From Candidatus Saccharimonadota bacterium (lineage in GTDB: Bacteria > Pseudomonadota > Gammaproteobacteria > Enterobacterales > Enterobacteriaceae): a stretch of DNA of 32,000 nucleotides. The notes under the pieces are model-generated. The model was not told the origin of the DNA, did not search any database, and saw nothing but the letters and a program-made list of their open reading frames with translations. How positions within the stretch are numbered: the stretch's first letter is position 1; each line of letters begins with the position of its first letter. The stretch spans positions 60,001 through 92,000 of the forward strand of contig NZ_AP018162.1 of NCBI RefSeq assembly GCF_004296475.1. The letters run 5' to 3'. Shown here one piece after another: positions 27,760-32,000 of the stretch. A program made the position numbers and the translations under genes.

Positions 27760-28749
27760 TTATTTATTTATATTTTCTTTTATAATATTCCAATTATCTA
27801 TTTTAGTTTCTAACGAAAGATTATATTTATTTAAAATATTATTTATTTCTGAAAGAGATTTTTTTCCAAAATTAGGTATTTTTAATAATTCATTTTCATT
27901 TTTTTGAATTAAATCCCCTAATAAATTTATATTTTTAGATTTTAAACAATTTAATGATCTAACAGTTAATTTTAAATCATCTATTTTTTTTAAAAAAATA
28001 TTATTATTTAAATCTAAATTATTATAATCATCAACTATATCTTTTTTACTTTTTATATTTAAAAATATATCAAGTTGTTTTATTAATATTAAAACTGAAG
28101 TTTTAATTATTTCTTCTATTTCAATAGAACCATTAGTTTCTATATTAATTATAAGTTTATCTAGATTATTTTTATTTTCGAATCTAGTATTTTCTACTAT
28201 ATAACTAACTTTTTCTACTGGGTTAAAATATGAATCTATAAATAATTTACCAAATTTATCTTTTATATCTATACCGTTATATTTAATTTCTCTATAACCT
28301 ATACCTTTTTCTACTTTTAATTTAGCATTAAAAGTAGTATTTTCTTTAGTTATTGTGCATATTAAATGATCTGGATTTATTATATTAACATAATTATTAT
28401 AAACTATATCTTTTGATAATACTTTACCTAAACCAGTTTTATTTATAAATAAAGTAATTTCATTTTTGTTATTTAAACTTAAAGGCATATTTTTTATATT
28501 TAACATTATATCCATAATATCTTCTTTTATACCATCTTTAAAACTAAATTCATGTAATATACCTTCTATTTCCATTTCAGTAATTGAATATCCTGGTATA
28601 TATGATAATAATATTCTTCTTAAAGAATTTCCTATTGTATTGCCAAATCCTCTTTCTAAAGGCTCTATAATTATTTTATAAGATCTATTACATATCTTTT
28701 TTATATTTAATGAAGATGGTCTTATTAATGATTCTATTAAATATTGCAT
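27760..28749 (-). CDS. rpoA: DNA-directed RNA polymerase alpha subunit
   Basis: 329 aa (same as E. coli). EPLERGFGNTIGNSLRRILLS is N-terminal. The C-terminal domain has LKLTVRSLNCLK...IPNFGKKSLSEI. Conserved rpsM-rpsK-rpsD-rpoA-rplQ order. Confidence 0.95.
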   Translation of the reverse strand: MQYLIESLIRPSSLNIKKICNRSYKIIIEPLERGFGNTIGNSLRRILLSYIPGYSITEMEIEGILHEFSFKDGIKEDIMDIMLNIKNMPLSLNNKNEITLFINKTGLGKVLSKDIVYNNYVNIINPDHLICTITKENTTFNAKLKVEKGIGYREIKYNGIDIKDKFGKLFIDSYFNPVEKVSYIVENTRFENKNNLDKLIINIETNGSIEIEEIIKTSVLILIKQLDIFLNIKSKKDIVDDYNNLDLNNNIFLKKIDDLKLTVRSLNCLKSKNINLLGDLIQKNENELLKIPNFGKKSLSEINNILNKYNLSLETKIDNWNIIKENINK

Positions 28750-28751
28750 TT

Positions 28752-29336
28752 TTATTTAGAATATAATTGAGATATCAAATTAAAATTTATATTTTTATTT
28801 ATATTTATTGGTATATTTAGTATATTAAATATCATTTTATCTTTATTTAAAGAAAACCAAGAATTATCTATATTCTTATTTTTTTTTAATAAAACTTTTA
28901 TATTATCTATATTTTCATTGCTTATTGTTATACTATCATTAATATTAATATTATAAGATGGGATATTTACTATATTATTATTTACAAAAATAAATTTATG
29001 ATTTATAAATTGTCTTGATTCTAATATAGTCCTTCCAATTCCAATTTTATATATAATATTATCTAATCTACTTTCTAATAAAAATAATAAATTTTCTATT
29101 GTATTTCCTTTTTTTTTTATAGATTTTTTATAATAATTTAAAAATTGTCTTTCAAATATACAATATATTCTTTTTAATTTTTGTTTTTCTCTTAATTGAT
29201 TTCCATAATCAGATATTCTATCTGATTTATTTTTATTATTTAAAATTTTTTTTATATCTATTAGTTTAGATTTTAAATATAAATCAATTTTTTCCCTTTT
29301 ATATAATTTTAATTTAGGTCCAAGATACTTTGACAT
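28752..29336 (-). CDS. rpsD: 30S ribosomal protein S4
   Basis: 194 aa. MSKYLGPKLKLYKREKIDL, YGNQLREKQKLKRIY, LESRLDNIIYKIGIGRTILESRQFINH match S4. Confidence 0.93.
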   Translation of the reverse strand: MSKYLGPKLKLYKREKIDLYLKSKLIDIKKILNNKNKSDRISDYGNQLREKQKLKRIYCIFERQFLNYYKKSIKKKGNTIENLLFLLESRLDNIIYKIGIGRTILESRQFINHKFIFVNNNIVNIPSYNININDSITISNENIDNIKVLLKKNKNIDNSWFSLNKDKMIFNILNIPININKNINFNLISQLYSK

Positions 29337-29341
29337 TTTAT

Positions 29342-29737
29342 TTAAACTCTTCTTTTTTTAGGCGCTCTGCATCCATTATGTGGAATTGGAGTTATATCTT
29401 TAATACTTAATATGTTTATACCACAGTTATTTAATGCTCTAATTGTTGACTCCCTTCCTGGCCCAGGACCAGATACTTTAACTTCTAAAGATTTTAATCC
29501 ATATTGTTTAACATTATTTGCACATTTTTCAGCAGCCACTTGAGCTGCAAATGGAGTAGATTTTTTCGATCCTTTAAAACCCATACTACCTGATGTTGAC
29601 CAACTTAATACATTTCCTTCACAATCTGTTATTGTAATTATAGTATTATTAAATGAAGCATTTATATATGCAATACCTTCTAAAATTTGTTTTTTTATTT
29701 TCTTTTTTTTTATATTTGTATTTTTTTTTACTATCAT
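29342..29737 (-). CDS. rpsK: 30S ribosomal protein S11
   Basis: 131 aa. [50 protein letters not shown]...[17 protein letters not shown]...[17 protein letters not shown] is S11. Confidence 0.95.
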   Translation of the reverse strand: MIVKKNTNIKKKKIKKQILEGIAYINASFNNTIITITDCEGNVLSWSTSGSMGFKGSKKSTPFAAQVAAEKCANNVKQYGLKSLEVKVSGPGPGRESTIRALNNCGINILSIKDITPIPHNGCRAPKKRRV

Positions 29738-29740
29738 ATA

Positions 29741-30091
29741 TTAAACTTTTATATTTTTATTTTTTTTAATTGTTTTAGCATTAGTTCTAGTTCTTTGACC
29801 TCTAACTGGTAATTTTTTTTTATGCCTTAACCCTCTATAAGAATTTATATCTATTAATCTTTTAATATTTAAAGATATATCTCTCTTTAAATCACCTTCT
29901 ATAGTGTATTTAGAAATCTCTAATTTTAAATTATCAATATCACAATTTGATAAATTTTTAGTTAATTTATATATTGAAATATTAGATTTAATACAAATAC
30001 TTTTAGCTATAGACAAACCTATTCCATATATATGTGTTAATGATATTAATATATGTTTATTATCAGGGATATTTATGCCAAATATTCTCAT
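29741..30091 (-). CDS. rpsM: 30S ribosomal protein S13
   Basis: 116 aa. MRIFGINIPDNKHILISLTHIYGIGLSIAKSIC...YRGLRHKKKLPVRGQRTRTNAKT is S13. Confidence 0.95.
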   Translation of the reverse strand: MRIFGINIPDNKHILISLTHIYGIGLSIAKSICIKSNISIYKLTKNLSNCDIDNLKLEISKYTIEGDLKRDISLNIKRLIDINSYRGLRHKKKLPVRGQRTRTNAKTIKKNKNIKV

Positions 30092-30098
30092 TTTAAAA

Positions 30099-30212
30099 TT
30101 AACCTTGTTTTTGTTTATGCTTTGGATTTATACAAATTACATTTAATTTGTTAAATCTTTTTATTATTTTACAATCTCTACATATTTTTTTTACTGATGC
30201 TCTTACTTTCAT
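30099..30212 (-). CDS. rpmJ: 50S ribosomal protein L36
   Basis: Absent from the ORF track (37 codons). My translation of the minus strand from ATG 30212-30210 gives [37 protein letters not shown], then TAA at 30101-30099. This closely matches E. coli L36 ([35 protein letters not shown]), in the expected secY-rpmJ-rpsM position. Confidence 0.93.
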   Translation of the reverse strand: MKVRASVKKICRDCKIIKRFNKLNVICINPKHKQKQG

Positions 30213-30217
30213 TTTAC

Positions 30218-31567
30218 CTAAAAATTATTTTTTATTTTATCTATTATAGATTCATATTTATATGATATAAGGCTAGTTTGTATTTTATTAATAAATTCTA
30301 TAATTACTACAACTATAATTAATAAAGAAGTTCCATTAAAATAAAATGGAGAATTAATTAACTTAAAAAATATTTTTACAAATGAACAAATTAAACTTAT
30401 ATAACAAGATTCTAAAAATACAATTTTTTTAGTTATATTATATATATATAATTCTGTCTGTAATCCAGGTCTAATTCCATTTATAAAAGCACTAGATTTT
30501 TTTAAGTTATTTGAAATCTCTTTAGGATTAAAAATAATAAATGAATATATATGACAAAATATAAATATAAAAAAAATATATATTAATGAATATAAAAAAT
30601 AATTTTCATTTAAACTATTATATAATATTTTAAATAAATATATATTAAAATAATTACCTATCCAATAAAATAAAATAGAAAAGAATAATATTATATTATA
30701 AGAAAATATAGATGGAGTTATACCAGAAATATTTACTTTAATAGGTATATAAGTACCAGAATTAAATATATTACTATATTTATTTATTAAATTATATTGA
30801 TAATTTATAGGATAATTTATTATTATTTTTTTTTGTGATAATTCTATAAATATAGATATATAGAAAATTAAAATCAATAAGAATAAAAATAAAATTAATT
30901 TAATAATATTAACTATACTATTTTTTTTAAATATAATATTTAAATATTTAAAAAAATAATTAGGTATATCTGATATTATATTTAAAAATATTAATAAAGA
31001 TGTTCCATTTATTATACTATTTTCTGTTATTTGATTACTTAACCAAATTAAGAACATCGTTCCTATAACAAGACTTAATATTGATATTATATATGTATTT
31101 ATATTATTATTTATAAATATATCAACTCCAAATATCTTTCTAAGACTCAATATAAAAAATATTGATTGTAATATAGATATTATAAATGATAAATAATAAA
31201 TATAATTACTAGTTAATCCAGATTTATATAAATCTTGTTTTAATGAAGGGTACATAAAGTTAAATAATTGTATCATCATAGATGATGATATATATGGAGT
31301 TATACCCAAAGAAAATATAGAAATTCTATTTATATAATTTGTTGAATTTAAATTAAATAATTTAAATATAAAAATATTATTATTAAAATTTTTATTTAAA
31401 AAAGTATTAATTTTTATACATGGTATAGGTATAAAAGATCCTATTCTAAATATTATAATATAATAAAATAAATACTTTATTTTATTTTTTAGTAATTCAA
31501 AACTTTTACTTTTAAATATATCTTTAATAAATATATTATTAAAATATTTATTCAAATTTACCACCAT
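30218..31567 (-). CDS. secY: protein translocase subunit SecY
   Basis: 449 aa and multi-[85 protein letters not shown] and [16 protein letters not shown] align with E. coli SecY. The start overlaps the rplO end by 20 nt. Confidence 0.93.
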   Translation of the reverse strand: MVVNLNKYFNNIFIKDIFKSKSFELLKNKIKYLFYYIIIFRIGSFIPIPCIKINTFLNKNFNNNIFIFKLFNLNSTNYINRISIFSLGITPYISSSMMIQLFNFMYPSLKQDLYKSGLTSNYIYYLSFIISILQSIFFILSLRKIFGVDIFINNNINTYIISILSLVIGTMFLIWLSNQITENSIINGTSLLIFLNIISDIPNYFFKYLNIIFKKNSIVNIIKLILFLFLLILIFYISIFIELSQKKIIINYPINYQYNLINKYSNIFNSGTYIPIKVNISGITPSIFSYNIILFFSILFYWIGNYFNIYLFKILYNSLNENYFLYSLIYIFFIFIFCHIYSFIIFNPKEISNNLKKSSAFINGIRPGLQTELYIYNITKKIVFLESCYISLICSFVKIFFKLINSPFYFNGTSLLIIVVVIIEFINKIQTSLISYKYESIIDKIKNNF

Positions 31568-31994
31568 ATAAATTTAATACATTATGAACATTTTTAGATA
31601 TAGAAATCCCAAATTCTTTTTTTATTATTTTGGAACATATATTATTTGATTTTTTATCTAAAATTAATTTTACGAATTTTGTATTTTTATTTATTAACTT
31701 GTTTTTTTTTAATACATCAATATTTATATTATTATCTTTTATATTATTTATATAAGATAATCTTAATTCTTTAACTATTTTTTTATTTTTATTATTAAAT
31801 CCAAATTTAGGTAATCTTCTACATATAGATGTTTGTCCTCCTTCAAAAGCTCTTTTTCTTCTTGAACCTGACCTAGATTTTTGACCTTTATTTCCCCTAC
31901 CTCCTGTCTTTCCTGTTCCAGATCCTATTCCTCTACATATTCTTTTTTTTTTTTTTTTAGATTTATATCTATTTAAAGAGTTCAATTTTAACAT
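31548..31994 (-). CDS. rplO: 50S ribosomal protein L15
   Basis: 148 aa. [24 protein letters not shown]...[17 protein letters not shown] is L15. Contains an in-frame run of 16 A (T16 on the plus strand, 31943-31958). Confidence 0.93.
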   Translation of the reverse strand: MLKLNSLNRYKSKKKKKRICRGIGSGTGKTGGRGNKGQKSRSGSRRKRAFEGGQTSICRRLPKFGFNNKNKKIVKELRLSYINNIKDNNINIDVLKKNKLINKNTKFVKLILDKKSNNICSKIIKKEFGISISKNVHNVLNLYGGKFE

Positions 31995-32000
31995 ATATTT

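Noticed and set aside
28466-28681. 71-aa plus-strand ORF inside rpoA
   Set aside because: Antisense to the conserved rpoA N-terminal domain. Shadow ORF.
29904-30146. 80-aa plus-strand ORF across rpsM/rpmJ
   Set aside because: Antisense to two ribosomal protein genes. Shadow ORF.

Overview
This window is extremely A+T-rich (by eye well under 20% G+C, not computed) and almost gap-free. It looks like part of a highly reduced, Enterobacterales-derived gammaproteobacterial endosymbiont genome. I call 38 apparently intact protein genes: aroB, which runs off the left edge, and rpmJ, which is too short for the ORF track, plus 36 from the track. I also call one frameshifted gene (trmB). Summing the gaps between calls leaves only about 640 nt (~2%) non-coding, and 12 neighbouring gene pairs overlap.

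Content is mostly translation machinery: r-proteins rplS, rpsP, rpmI, rplT, rplQ, rpsD, rpsK, rpsM, rpmJ and rplO; glyQS, thrS, pheST, infC, def and fmt; and the RNA-modification/ribosome-maturation genes trmD, rimM, mnmG, rluD and rsmB. The remainder is rpoA, secY, a small envelope set (bamD, murB, mltC, mepM), sufSE, ruvC and ydjM. The only biosynthetic metabolism is five shikimate/tyrosine genes (aroB, aroK, aroF, tyrA, aroE).

Gene order is a concatenation of blocks that are colinear with E. coli K-12, with the intervening genes deleted, notably pheA between bamD and tyrA. This resembles tyrosine-provisioning beetle symbionts such as Nardonella. That attribution is inference and needs a database search.

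I see no tRNA, rRNA, CRISPR, IS element, prophage or defence genes, and no convincing novel multi-gene system. The items most worth a second look are:
- a triple 12-bp perfect palindrome (TTTACTAGTAAA x3, 17-bp period) between rplS and aroF;
- a ThrRS lacking its whole N-terminal TGS/editing region;
- possible erosion of the PheRS editing motif;
- a homopolymer-associated frameshift in trmB;
- an in-frame A16 tract in rplO;
- orphan retention of sufSE, ruvC and ydjM.
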